A DNA stretch of 64,000 nucleotides. Source: Strigamia acuminata (lineage: Eukaryota). The notes beneath the pieces are model-generated. The model had not been told where the DNA came from. It saw only the letters and a list, made by a program, of their open reading frames with translations, and searched no databases. A program made the position numbers and the translations under genes. The stretch covers positions 30,318,001 to 30,382,000 of the forward strand of contig OX442314.1 of the NCBI GenBank assembly GCA_949358305.1, read 5' to 3'. Positions 1-12,616 of the stretch are shown here, piece by piece (within the stretch, counting starts at the first letter, position 1; the number at the start of each line of letters is the position of its first letter).

Positions 1-25
1 TGGTTTTTCGATCGGTTTTTGCGAA

Positions 26-3000
26 ATGAGTAAATTTAAAAGATCTGGTAAAGAGTTTCGTGGTGTTTTGATGAAATTTGTGGTTTTTATTTTGTGTGTT
101 TTTTATTTTATTTTATTTTATTTTATTTTATTTTTTTTTTTTTAGATTTGAATTGTGAGGAATCTGAAAGCGAAGTTGTGAATTTGAGAAAAAGTTCAAT
201 CGAAAGTAAAAAAAAAAATTAATAAAAATAAAAAAAAATTGATTAAAATGATGAAATTTGGATTTAATTGAATTTAAGACAATTAATTTTTGTTTTGTTT
301 TAGGAGATAAGTTTATCGGGTTTGAACTTCCGCAAGTTCATGAGAAATCATCACAGAGGGCTTCCAGTACTTCGAACGGCAATTGCGGCGACCCGTCTTA
401 CCCTGGGATTTCACCTGACGTAGATTATAATTGTTTTATTTATATTTATATTTAAATTTATATTTATATTTATTTTTATTTTAAGGTTGCCAGATATATA
501 TATCAAATGAACCCAGATGTTATAACGACGGCCGAAGCTGCGTTGAAGCCGGATTCGAAGAGAACAGCTGAAATCAACATAACCAAATCAAATTTAACAT
601 GTTTACACAATACTAGCGAAACGTTTGCATTGCAGCAATCAAACATTGGTATAAAAATTACATTTTTTAAATTTATTTATCAAATTATTGGTGAATCAAG
701 TCGAATTTTTTGGCTTGTTTAGGCGAATTTTTAATTGTTAGCAAATTTTTGATTCATTCGTTACATTAAGGGAAATTCTTGATTTATTCACGAAATTAAG
801 CGAATTGATTTTACTTATTTGTTTATTTATTTAATCGATTTATTCATCGAGGTTTTCGATTTATTTATTAAATTAATCTACTTACCGTAAAGCTTCAAAT
901 TGCCAGTGTTTTATCGAACGTGAACTAATAGTTCTAATAGAACGAAGTTTACGTTCACCATGTTTGATGATGAAAATGTTGCAAAAATGTTAGTTTAAAT
1001 GACGTTTTCATCATCAAAACATTCACTTCACTTCTAATCACTTTTTACAACGATGACAGCCATGAAAGCAATGAAAACGCGATCACATGGTCATGAACAC
1101 GAACTTGAACGAGTTCACAATTTAGTGAACGAGATACAACACTGCAAATTGCGGCCCGATTCATTTAGGGGCTCGGGAACGGGGGTCGCTGGCAATACAC
1201 GCAGTAAACGCCGGGCCCAAAATAAGCATCTGTGGTAATAAAAATCAACGATTTTTATGAAAAAATAAATAAGCACGTCCGAAAAATAAATAAGCGCTGG
1301 GCTGCAATTTGAAGCTTTACGGTATACGTATTTATCAAACTATTCGACTTAATTTATCAAAATTATCGACTTATTTCGGGGCAAACCACTTCCTCGAATC
1401 CCGTTACCTCGAATTTCAAAATTTCAAAATCACAGAAAGTGGAGGTTGTTTCCTCGCTTCTGAAATCTAACCTCGCACTATTTCCTCGACACATCGGAAA
1501 ACTCGCTATTTCCCCCACATCGCCGCAATGATGCCAAATATACAAATTCCAACACCGGTAATCGATTTTTCAGCTCCTTTCCGATGGATTAACCATCCTT
1601 CTACCAATTCTTTTCCCAGATTTTGACAATTCCTCAGAAAATTAATCGAAAAAGACTTTAAAAAAACCAATTCCTTAAGTCAGAATTTGATATCTGACAT
1701 CATCGGAGAAGCATGAACAAAAAATCGAATTTTCCCCGAATAAAAACAAGAAAACTCTATTTTCGGACACGTAAAGAAATTCGATTTAATTGTCAAACTA
1801 ATCGTTTTATTTTTCCAATTTTCCAGGCAGCAGAATGAACCCGACATCGCCCGAACCCGCCAAAACGCCCTCCCCGGCCCCAAAATCCCCGCCTGTAAAT
1901 AACCACAAAAACGGCACCGAAAAAACAACATCTCACGACCCTAGTCACAAAATCCTGCACAAATTCCCACCAGACCGCATAACCACCATCACCGAGCGCA
2001 AACCCTCCTGGTTCCTCAGCGACGCAGCCCCCCTGGAACCCCTCATCCACAAACCCCCCGTGCCCACTCGCCGCAGCAGCCATAACAGCACAATGTCCAC
2101 GCCCCGCCGCGGCTCCGAATTCGCCGCCAAGACCGACCTTCCGCCCGATTTCAGTCCGATTTCCGACAAATCCGACTCGCGCTCCATCGGATCCACCGAG
2201 TCGGCCTACTCCGACAAATACGAGCTCGACTCCAACTATTCGGACCTCCTGGAGACGCAGTCCCTCGCGTCCAACATGTCGGACATGAGCAGCGTGAGCG
2301 GCATCGAGGAGGAGATGTACCGCATCAAGAAACTGCTCTTGGAGGTGCCCGCGCTCCCCGACGACCACCCGGACTTCCACAAACGCTCCGTGGTGTTCGG
2401 CCGCAACGGCGGCGTGGTCGTGAGCGACGACTGCCTCGAGCCCGACCGGTTCGTGGTCAGCCAGGAGGTTTTCTTCGAGCTGCAGCGCGAAAAGGCGAAC
2501 TTGGAGGGACAAATCGAGACTCTGAGGGCCCAGTTGGACGATTTGACGGCCGAGAAACGCGTTTTGGCCGACCAGTTGACCACCACGCACGCGCAGGTCA
2601 AGATCCAGACGTCCGAGTGCCGCAGAGAGCGGTGCGAACGCGAGAAAATGGAGTCGAAGCTGCAATTCATGCAGCAGATGAACAAAAAGAGCGACGGGTC
2701 GAACGCGCAGCTGCAGATGAGTCTGGAATCGAAGGCGACGGACTTGGCGCAGGTCAAGGAGGATCTGAGGGACCTCGAGGAGTGCAACGCGCGGCTGCGC
2801 GTCGACGGGGAGGAGCTGCGCATGGAGTTGGAGACGAAAGAGAGCGCCGTTCGCGGCCTCAAGTCGAAAATCGCCGAACTGCACGTGGAGGCGCAACTGG
2901 CGACGCAGGCGAAGATCCAGGCGCTCAACGACCAACTGCTGGTCAAGAGCGAGATGGACGCGCTGCAGAAATCGCGCGAGTGGTACCGCGAACAGCTGCA

Positions 3001-6000
3001 CGCGCTGCAGGAGGCGCGCAACAAGATGCAGCAGGAGATACTGAGCCTCCAAGGCCGCCTGGTGGCGCAGAAGAACGAGACGGAGAAGCAGCGCAACGAG
3101 AGCGCGCAGATGCGCGCGGCGCTGACGGAAACGCAGCAACGGGCCGTGAAGGAGAAGGAGACGTTGATGCGGCACTTGGAGGCGATCCAGGCGGACATGG
3201 TGGCGCGGGAGGCGAGTTTTGCGCAGTTGGAAGCCGACAAGGGGGTCGTGGAGGAGTCGCTGATGACCCGGATGAGGGGGGTCGTCGAGGAGAAGTGTAA
3301 GACGAGCGTTTCGGATTTGGAGGAGGAGGTTCGGCGGTTTAAGGCGGAAATTTCGACGAAAAAGGAGAGTTTTCGGGGTTTGGAGGCGAATTACGTGGAG
3401 GCGATGCGCAAGTTGACGGTGGCGGAGAAGAGCGTGCACGAGAGGGATTTGGAGGTGCAGCGGAAGGGCGAGAAGTGCGCGGCGTTGGAGGGGCGGCTGA
3501 GCGAGTTGGAGATGCGTGTGGAGGCGAAGGAGGCGCAGGTGAGCGCGCTGAAGGACGCGAAGACGGCGACGGAGATCGCGCTGGCGGCCGCCGACAAGGA
3601 GAAGCGCGACGTGGACGAGGCGCTGAGCGTCGTGCGCGAGAATCTGGTCAAGTTGAACGCGAACTTCAGGAAGATGAAGACGGATTTGGCGAGCAGGGAG
3701 GCGAGCGTCGAGCAGCTGCTCAAGGAGAGGAGCAAGATGGAGTCGACGCTGATGGCGGCCAACCAGAAGATCGTCGCGCTCAAGAGCAGTTACGAGAGCT
3801 ACGCGAGCGAGTTGAAGGCCCGCGACGGGAATATCAGAGAATTGGAGGAAAGTCGGTCGGAGACGGACGGGAAGTTGACGGAGAGTCGCGAGAAGGCGTC
3901 GCAATTGGAGGGGATCGTCGCCAGGGTGCGGGAAGAGAAGGATTCGCTCGTCAGGAGGTGTCGGGAGCTGGAAACGGACGCGGCGCGCGTCGAAATGGAG
4001 TTGAAGTCGACGAAAGTGGAGAAGAACGAGGCGGAAGCGGAGTTGGAGAAGATTTTGAAGTCGATTCCGAGCGAAAGGTCGGAGGAAAACGTGGAGAAAC
4101 GCGTGCGACGCAACTCGCAGGACTTGTCGGACGGCACGAAGATCCTGATCGACCCGTGCGACGACGGGGGCGCCGAATCGTACCCGCGCGACGAACTCGA
4201 GAGGGAGATTTTGCTGATGCGTCAGGCGTTGGAGACGCGGGAGAAACAGGTGGAGAAGTATTTGAGGGAGAGGAACGACATGCGGCAGGCGATCGAGGCG
4301 TTGCAGAAGGAGAATTCGTGCTTGAGTCGCGGGGACGGCGAGCAGGGGGCGTTGTTGGTGCTTTATCGGAGGAAGGTGCGGGAGTTGGAGGCGGAGGAAG
4401 GTGGGAGGAGGAGTGCGGAGACGCAGACGGATAATGTGTCGTTTATGAAGCATGTTTTGGAGCAGGATGATCGGAATTCGGCGACGCAGGGGAGGTTCGA
4501 GAGTTTGGAGACGGAGTATAAGGAGAGGCAGAGGATTTACGATTCGAATATTCGGGTTTTGACGAGGAAGTTGAAGGAGGTGATGAAGGCGCATAAGAAT
4601 GCGGAGAAGGAGTTGAAGAATTGGAGGGTGGCGGTGGCGATGAATCAGAGTGAGGGGGATAAGGGAGAGAGGATTCAGGTGATAACGGCGCCGGATTTGC
4701 CGGTTGGGCAGAAGGGGGAGCGGAATTTGAAGAGGGAGATTTTGCATTATCGGGCGAAGGTTAAAGGATTGCAGATTAAGGTGGGTTTTTTTGGTTTTTG
4801 TTTGGGTGGTTTTGGTGTGGTTTGGTTTGGTTGGTCGGGGGTTGAGGATGGTTTGGCTTGTGGTATTGTTTTTGTGAATGATTGAGATGTTTTTAGAAAA
4901 TTAGTGGATTTTTTTTTTTTTAGCAAAATCTGGATTTTTTTTCTAGCAAAATCTGGATTTTTTCTAGCAAAATCTGGATTTTTTCTAGCAAAATCTGGAT
5001 TTTTTCTAGCAAAATCTGGATTTTTTTTAGCAAAATCTGGATTTTTTCTAGCAAAATCTGGATTTTTTCTAGCAAAATCTGGATTTTTTTTAGCAAAATC
5101 TGGATTTTTTCTAGCAAAATCAGTATTTTTCAGGCAAAATCAGTATTTTTTCTAGCAAAATCAGTACTTTTTCGAGTAAAATCAGTATTTTTTAGCAAAT
5201 TCGTTATTTTTTCTAGCAAAATCAGTATTTTTTCGAGTAAAATCAGTATTTTTTCTACCAAAATCAGTATTTTTTCTACCAAAATCAGTATTTTTTCGAG
5301 TAAAATCAGTATTTTTTCGAGTAAAATCAGTATTTTTTCGAGTAAAATCAGTATTTTTTCGAGTAAAATCAGTATTTTTTCGAGTAAAATCAGTATTTTT
5401 TCGAGTAAAATCAGTATTTTTTCGAGTAAAATCAGTATTTTTAGCAAAGTCGTTATTTTTTCTAGCAAAATCAGTATTTGTTGGCAGGCCACTCGACAAT
5501 CAAGTCACACCAATGTTTTTATTATCGCTTAAATTGAATTTAGCTTCTAAACATCTCTCTATTGACAGTTAAAAGAGGCGCAAACAAATTACGAGGACAT
5601 GAAAACGCGAGTGGAAGCCAACAAAGAGGCGATGCTCGACTTAGAACGTGAACGAGGCAAACTAACGGGCGTGAATCAAAGCAACGAAGCGCTCAAAAGT
5701 CACGCACAACGGCTAGAAAGCGCTCTAGCCGAGAAAGACGTCGCCGTCACCGAGCTGGACATCGCCAAACAGGACCTGACGTCCAAACGGGAGGAAGAAG
5801 AGCAACGTAACAAGCAATGGATCGAGGAACTACAAATAAACCTAACGGCAGAACGGGAAATTGCAAAAGAATTAAGAAAACAAGTGCGTTCAATTATTAT
5901 TCAAATCTCGTTGACTTTTGACGATTTTGTGACGTTTTTTGATGATATTTAATGGTTTTTGACGTTTTTTGTTGGTTTTTGATTTTTTTTAAATGTTTTT

Positions 6001-7786
6001 TCGACGTTTTTTGTTGTTTTTGATGTTTTTTCAACGTTTTTGCGTTGTTTTATGCCGTTTTTTGTTTGTTTTTGATGTTTTTTGAAGTTTTTTGATGTTT
6101 TCGACGTTTTTTGTTGTTTTTTGATGCTTTTCGACGTTTTTTGTTGTTTTTTGATATTTTTTTGACGTCTTTTGTTGTTTTTTGATATTTTTTCGACGTC
6201 TTTTGTTGTTTTTTGATGTTTTTTGTTAGTTTTTGATGTTTTTTCGACGTTTTTTGTTGGTTTTTGATGTTTTTTGACGTTTTTTGTTGGTTTTTGATGT
6301 TTTTCGACGTTTTTTGTTGTTTTTTGATATTTTTTTGACGTCTTTTGTTTTTTTTTGATATTTTTTCGACGTCTTTTGTTGTTTTTGATGTTTTTTGTTG
6401 TTTTTGATGTTTTTTCGACGTTTTTTCGTTGTTTTTATGACGTTTTTTGTTGGTTTTTGATGTTTTTCGACGTTTTTTGTTGTTTTTTGATGCTTTTCGA
6501 CGTTTTTTGTTGTTTTTGATATTTTTTCCGACGTCTTTTGTTGTTTTTTGACGTTTTTTGTTGGTTTTTGATAGTTTTTTGTTGTTTTTTTTGACGTTTT
6601 TTGTTGGTTTTTGATGTTTTTTTGACATTTTTCGTTGTTTTTTGATATTTTTCGACGTTTTTTTGACGTTTTTCGGTTTTTTTAAAATATTTTTCGACGG
6701 TTTTTGTTGTTTTTTGATATTTTTTTGACGTCTTATGTTGTTTTTTGATGTTTTTTGTTGGTTTTTGATATTTTTTTGTTGTTTTTCGATAATTTTTCAT
6801 GATGTTTTTGATTTTTTTCAAGATATTTAATGCGAAACGAGAAAGCAGCAGTTTACGGAAGCACGTTTCGAGTTTACGCACCGGATTGGACAATGCTAAT
6901 CAGCTGATGGACATGAAGAAGAAGGAGATTGATTCGTTGATCGATAAGTTGGCGCTGAAGAGCGAAGCGGAAATTAAGTTGATGAACCAGTACGAGTGTT
7001 TGGGCGCCGATCATCGCCGCAATTTGTCCGAAATTGAACGGCTGAAGCAGCAGGCGATTGAAAATCAAACCAAAGACGGACTTTTAGCTGAACAGCTGAA
7101 GGTTGTTTAGCAATAGATTGGTCTTGATTACTCTAAAAATCTATTTTACAAACATTTATTTGCAGAATCTGAGTTGGCATTTAAGGCAGAAAAATCAAGA
7201 ACTAACCGCCCTCAGAGACCAACTGAAATTAGTCGAGGAACGGCACAAAACGACGAGCGACGCGCTCCAAAAATCGCTCCAAACTGCCAGAACCGAAGCC
7301 CTGTGTCTCAAATCCGAACTAGAAAGCACGAGAAAGGACAAATTCAACTCGCAAAACGCAATTTCGGAGCTTAAAAACGCGTTGAAAACGAGTTTCGAAG
7401 CCAACAAGGTGAAAAATAAAATATAAAACATTCGATCACGTGATTAAAAATGTAAAACGCCATTACAGGCCCTCCACGCACAAACACGTCACGTCCCAGA
7501 CGACGTATTAGACCTGCCGCTACTAGAATCTCCGGTTCCTTACGATGAGACACTCATCAACAGTCTTTTGCAGCAAAGTGCATTCATACCGCATTCTAGG
7601 TAAACATAATAGTCCGTGTCGCCGCCGTCAGAGCGAGCTGATGCCTATTTAATATTTACAAATTCTTGAACGAATTCTCTGGTTTTATTGATTCTGTTTA
7701 GGCCTTTGAGTGATCTGCAGTCGTGCCTGAACACATTAAAGGAGGAAATGGCCATTTTACAGGAACAGTTAAGCGAACAGGATTGA
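26..7786 (+). CDS. GOLGA3: Golgin subfamily A member 3 (golgin-160)-like coiled-coil protein, ~1455 aa, 10 exons: 26-47, 146-205, 304-419, 486-648, 1827-4780, 5569-5883, 6823-7101, 7166-7408, 7469-7599, 7702-7786
   Basis: All introns are GT-AG and the phases join into one frame. The protein has a Ser/Pro-rich head, a long E/K/L/Q heptad region and C-terminal segments NLSWHLRQKNQE and RPLSDLQSCLNTLKEEMAILQEQL that resemble the golgin-160 C-terminus as I recall it. The four small 5' exons are less certain than the rest. Confidence 0.8.
885..1322. mobile_element. Non-autonomous Tc1/mariner-pogo-type MITE in GOLGA3 intron 4
   Basis: Perfect 19-bp TIRs CCGTAAAGCTTCAAATTGC (885-903) and GCAATTTGAAGCTTTACGG (1304-1322), flanked by TA on both sides. 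Confidence 0.8.
4921..5480. repeat. 21-bp minisatellite, two variant blocks (TAGCAAAATCTGGATTTTTTC then GAGTAAAATCAGTATTTTTTC)
   Basis: Tandem copies are directly visible in GOLGA3 intron 5 and generate the spurious FFLAKSG/EKILILL ORFs. Confidence 0.95.
5940..6810. repeat. T-tract-rich degenerate tandem repeat (GACGTTTTTTGTTGTTTTTTGAT-like)
   Basis: Fills most of GOLGA3 intron 6. Confidence 0.9.
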
Positions 7787-8188
7787 TTTTTGTCGCGGCA
7801 GCCATTTTGAATTGTAAACAAGAAGAGAAATGCTTTCTTTTTTTTTTCCCGTCGCTATTTTCCTAAATAAATAAATAATAGACACTTTATAATTGTTGTT
7901 GTAACATTTTACTACGATATTTTTGTGCTAGGAATTTGTAATTTAACAAAAATATTAATTATATTAATATAATTGATTTTTATTTTCGCTCAATTTTGTT
8001 TATAATATTTGTACAACCGGAAGAAACGAGGAAAATGGTTGAAAATGAGCAATTGACAATTGTCTTTATTATTTCGACAAAATACTGAAATAAAAGTTTA
8101 AAATCTGTTGAAAATCTGTATTTATTTATTTATTTATTTATCTAATTTATTTAGTTATATAAAATATATTATTTGATGATGAAGCGCT

Positions 8189-8836
8189 TTAGTCGGGTGC
8201 AAATGGATGTGTCGTTTTAATGTCTTCCAAGATCGGTTTTGAATTTGGTAGCTGAATAGGCACACGACTAATCCTCCTTTTACTTCGAAATACACTATTA
8301 TATCTAAAATCATTCGAATCGGCACTGGCATTGACATTTATTTCTTTATTCGCCACTCTCCAGTCCGTTTCTTTGATCGACTCCCCGGTTTTGAGTTTAT
8401 TAAGCGGCATCAGTCTCTGCCTACCCGTTTTCGGCAATGGCGTGAATGGCGTCGGCGGCCGTTGTGAACCCGACGAATCCTCATCACTAGTGTCGACCAT
8501 GATAGTTGGCAGACTTTTACTCAAACTCAAAGTTGGGATGCTGAAATCGGGGGGAAATAAATTCGTTTGTGGTCTGGGCTTCGGCGAGCCGATGGGACGG
8601 CGCCGCGACCGCACCGGTGCTAAGATCTGGTCTGCCGTTAGCAAACTCACGCTAGGTGGAGTTTGAGGTTCGGTTTCGAGTTTCGGGACGTCGAATGTGT
8701 TGATAGTGGACGCGTGGAGTCCGCGCGATAAAATGGTGGATTTGTTGGACACTTCGATCGGTGGGAAAAGTTGTAGTTTTCTTTTTTTGGGACTTGCCAT
8801 CAAAAGTTGGCTGTTTTTTAATCCGTCCATGTCCAT
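8189..8836 (-). CDS. Hypothetical Pro/Ser-rich, probably disordered protein (~215 aa from the ATG at 8836; upstream exons possible)
   Basis: A non-repetitive ORF of higher GC within AT-rich flanks. There is a TTTCAG acceptor just before the ATG, an NLS-like PKKRK and several SP/TP motifs. No family was recognised. Confidence 0.55.
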   Translation of the reverse strand: MDMDGLKNSQLLMASPKKRKLQLFPPIEVSNKSTILSRGLHASTINTFDVPKLETEPQTPPSVSLLTADQILAPVRSRRRPIGSPKPRPQTNLFPPDFSIPTLSLSKSLPTIMVDTSDEDSSGSQRPPTPFTPLPKTGRQRLMPLNKLKTGESIKETDWRVANKEINVNASADSNDFRYNSVFRSKRRISRVPIQLPNSKPILEDIKTTHPFAPD

Positions 8837-10139
8837 CGCTGAAATTAAAATCAAAGTCAAAAATCAATCGAAGGTCACGTGACTGATTGCAATTGATTTC
8901 GCTCGGGTATATTAAAAAAAAAATAAGAAAACATCCGGATAAAACAGATTGCAGGACTGTTTCTAAACGTGTAACGGAAACCAATTTGTTTTCGCTACAG
9001 TTTCTATGGAAATGACTTGACCGCAAAACCATAGAAAAATGTTGAGAAAAAGGCAAAATTCGCCAAAATTTGTCGTTTTGTGTTGTAAATTTGGCATTTT
9101 TGATTATAATTGCGTTTTTAGTAATTATTTTGTCATAAAAATAATTTAGAACGATAAAAAAAAACTATAAATTAATTTTTGTTTAATGTATAATTAATAT
9201 CTTATTGATAAAAACCTGTGAAAACACGTTTAAAAATGCCAGAATTCATTAATTCGTTCATTAAAAATTACGTATTTTTGTTATAAATTACATTTTTTTA
9301 ATTAAAAATTACGCATTTCCATTAAAAATTACTTTTTTTATATTAAAAATTGCTTTTTTTAATTAAAAATATCTCATATCATTAAAAATAACGTTATTTC
9401 ATTAAAAATTCATTTTCCAATAAAAATTACGTATTTAAAAAAAAAAAACGGTATAAAAATAATCAAAAACAACAAAAACCAACCGAAATATAAAAATTTC
9501 CACACACACAATTAACGTTTTATTGCCCGTATTCAATCAATTCACGTATTCAGTGTAATCAACCAATTGAAAAGTGATCATTAGTTTGTTATTTCCTACT
9601 CACCAGTTGCTGCTTAGGTTTATCAATATCGTCCATGATTAAAACAACGTAGAAAAATACTTAAAAGTTGAAAAATAAACACTTCCGCCGCCTTTCCTGT
9701 GTCTGGAACTGTTTATCGCTTCGAGTGTTTAACCATGTCTGCGAGTATCAATGGTCGCCTGGGTCGGTGAAAATTGTTCTGTTTACAAGTAGACCCGCGC
9801 TTAGAAACAAGTGAGCTCTCACTTCGACCAAGCTGAAATCGATTGCTAACGAAGGGAAGAAGGGGTCAATGCCGCTCATTCACGCAACGTCGTACGATAC
9901 TGTCGGAGTAGCGTTTGTTTTGCATGTAAATGTCACTTGGCTGCACGTTCTGAGTCTAGATGCGAAGCCGATGCTTTTAAACAAGTTTGGATGAATGAAA
10001 ACACCGAATAATTTAAGCCTAATGAAAGTTTTATGCAAATACGGCTGGGAGATTTCGTTTCGGGGCTCTGACAAACAAGGGCCCCTTCGTGGAAAAATTT
10101 GAGGGCAAAGTTACCTGGGAAAAAATATCGAAATTCATT

Positions 10140-10620
10140 TGGGGCCCTATGTGAGTATGAATGGAATATATTTGGGGGCGCTATGAGTAAAAATGAACAT
10201 TTGGGGCCCCGTCAATAAAATTAAATTTAGCATTTGTGAATAATAATGAATATTTGGGGCCCTATCAATGAAATGTGAACGTTTGGGGCCCTGTCAATGA
10301 AAATGAGCATTTGGGGCCCTGTCAATAAAAATGAGCATTTGGGACCCTTGTAAATAAAAATAAGTCTAATATTTGGGGCCCTTGTCAATGAAAATTAATT
10401 TAATATTTGGGGCCCTGTCAATAAAAACGAACATTTGGGGCCCTGTCAATAAAAACGAACATTTGGGGCCCTGTCAATGAAAATTAATTTAACATTTGGG
10501 GCCCTGTCAATAAAAATGAACATTATTGGAGCCCTAAAAATATAAGAAAAAACCTTTGGGGTCCTAAAACTGAGAATGATTTTTTGGGGCCCTAAATTAT
10601 GTGTGTAACTTTGGGGCCCT
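10140..10620. repeat. ~30-bp degenerate tandem repeat with GGGGCCC core (TTTGGGGCCCTGTCAATAAAAACGAACA); a related GGGCCC-core block lies at ~25200-25690
   Basis: Tandem copies are directly visible. Confidence 0.85.
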
Positions 10621-12616
10621 GAAAAACAGATCCCAACCAGCGACCCGGGCCTCACGAACAGATTTTGACCTATAAGGGCTTTTACGACTAAATAACACAA
10701 ATTTTTATTACATTTATTTATTTTTATGAATTTTTTTTCACTCGGCATAAATTACATTACGATTTCCTTTAGAAAACACACTCTTGATATTATAATATTT
10801 ATTAAAGAAAACAACTTCCTGTTTACAAGTGAGTTTCCAAACCGAGCGAAAACCACCAAAACGATGCAAACAAAACCGCATTAAAAGTTGAAACGAGCAT
10901 TAATTAAGCACGTCGCAGCAATTTTGAATTTCAGACGTTTTCAGCCAACTGTCAAAAAGATTAATAGGCGGCTGCGAGTGTTTTGGCACAACACCAGATG
11001 GAAGCTCAACACCAACTCCCGACTTCCTGCTCGCATGCGCACACGCGAGCGCAACGGGGACGGAAGTCGGTTTCTATAACAACAAACCGATGGCTCTTCG
11101 ACGATGGGTTGTTGGCGGACGATTGGCCATTTTCATTGTGCCGTGTTTCTGTTCCGAAGACAACTTTAGGTAAGCATAACTCGCGATATCGACACACGAT
11201 ACACTCACCGTGGATTCAAAGCAAACTCCAAAGTGGAACACTAACGTTAATCCAATGGGAAAATATTATTCAAATCAAAACTCAATTGTGCCGCACGATT
11301 GACTTATAAAGAATTAATTAAACCTCATTGAACTTTTAGAAAATCATTTTTTCTATTCACGAAACCGGCCAGATGTGATGTAATGTACATCGAACGGCAG
11401 TCGGAGTCATAAAACACAGGAAATTAAATAGAATTAATCGAAATTCGGCGATTTAAAGCGAAAATTGTTCACTTTTTGACCGTTAAAAATTGAAAAATGA
11501 TGAAAAATGTTTGAGAAAACGACGAAATATGGATGAAAATAGTGGAATTAATTAATATTTGTTTATTCAATGGTTGCGTATGGTTATTAATTTTTTTTTT
11601 ACGATTTAATTGCTGCTGTAATAAATGTTTTATTCGATTTTCAGCTTTGGTATTGGATTTTTAGATTGTGTGGGTGTGTGTGGTGGGTTTATTCGTATAG
11701 AAGCCCCACTGCGTAATTACAGATGGAATGGCAGTTAAAGTGGGAGATAGAACTGCTAAGAAGTTCTCGTAGAGTGGTTTCAGACATGTGTTTGTTAGAA
11801 AAAAGTAGTTTTGTAGGATGTTGGATGATGGATAATCATTTTGATGTGAAGAGGAGGAAAAAATATGGGAATTTCAGTGTTTGAGTGGGAAAAATCACAC
11901 GAAAATGTGGAAATTTTTATTTTTTTGAAGGAATTATACATTTTTTTTTAAATAAGGAAAAATAAAATACGGAGTATTAATTATAAAAAAAAAAATGAAA
12001 TTTTATGAAGGTCAACGGTTCTCTGGGTCGGTTAAAGTTCATTTTGATGTGTTTTTCATTTTTGTTTGTGGATTTCATGGGTTTTTAATTGATTTTTTTG
12101 GAAAATTATTTGGACTTTGTGAATTTTTTGGGATTTTTTAAATTTTTCGAATTTTGTTGAAATTTTATTGAATTTTTTTGAATTATTGAATTTTTTGGAT
12201 TTTGTTGAATATTTTATTGAATTTTTTTGAATTATTAAATTTTTTGGATTTTGTTGAATATTTTATCGAATTTTTTTAAATTATTGAATTTTTTGGATTT
12301 TTTTTTAATTTTCCGGAATTTTTCCAGTTTTTTTCCGGATGTTTTGGGATTTTTCGATTTTTTTTCGGATTTTTGGACGTTTTTTCGAGTTTTTTCGAAT
12401 TTTTTCGAATTTTTCGAATTTTTACGGATTGTTTTTCGTTATTTCGGATTGTTTTTCGTTATTTCGGATTGTTTATCATATTTTTCGGATTGTTTATCAT
12501 TTATTTCGGATCATTTTTCCAAATTTTTCCGACATTCTTCCCATCGTTTAACATTAATTCCCACTATTTATTTCCAGTTAAATGTTTGATCGATTCATCG
12601 AGTCGGCGCTTCCCAA

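Noticed and set aside
1793..4747. 984-aa antisense ORF and other overlapping ORFs within GOLGA3 exon 5
   Set aside because: Shadow frames. The GC3-rich coiled-coil codons rarely include TTA/CTA/TCA, so the opposite strand lacks stops; the L/R/H-rich product has no recognisable domain.
4904..6893. ORFs with repeating heptapeptides or Lys-rich sequence (also 14752, 35615-35962 and the 5' part of 52393)
   Set aside because: Translations of intronic or intergenic minisatellites.
10140..10620. CRISPR-like look of regularly spaced palindromic GGGGCCC cores
   Set aside because: The intervening sequences are similar to each other rather than unique spacers, the context is eukaryotic, and there are no cas genes.
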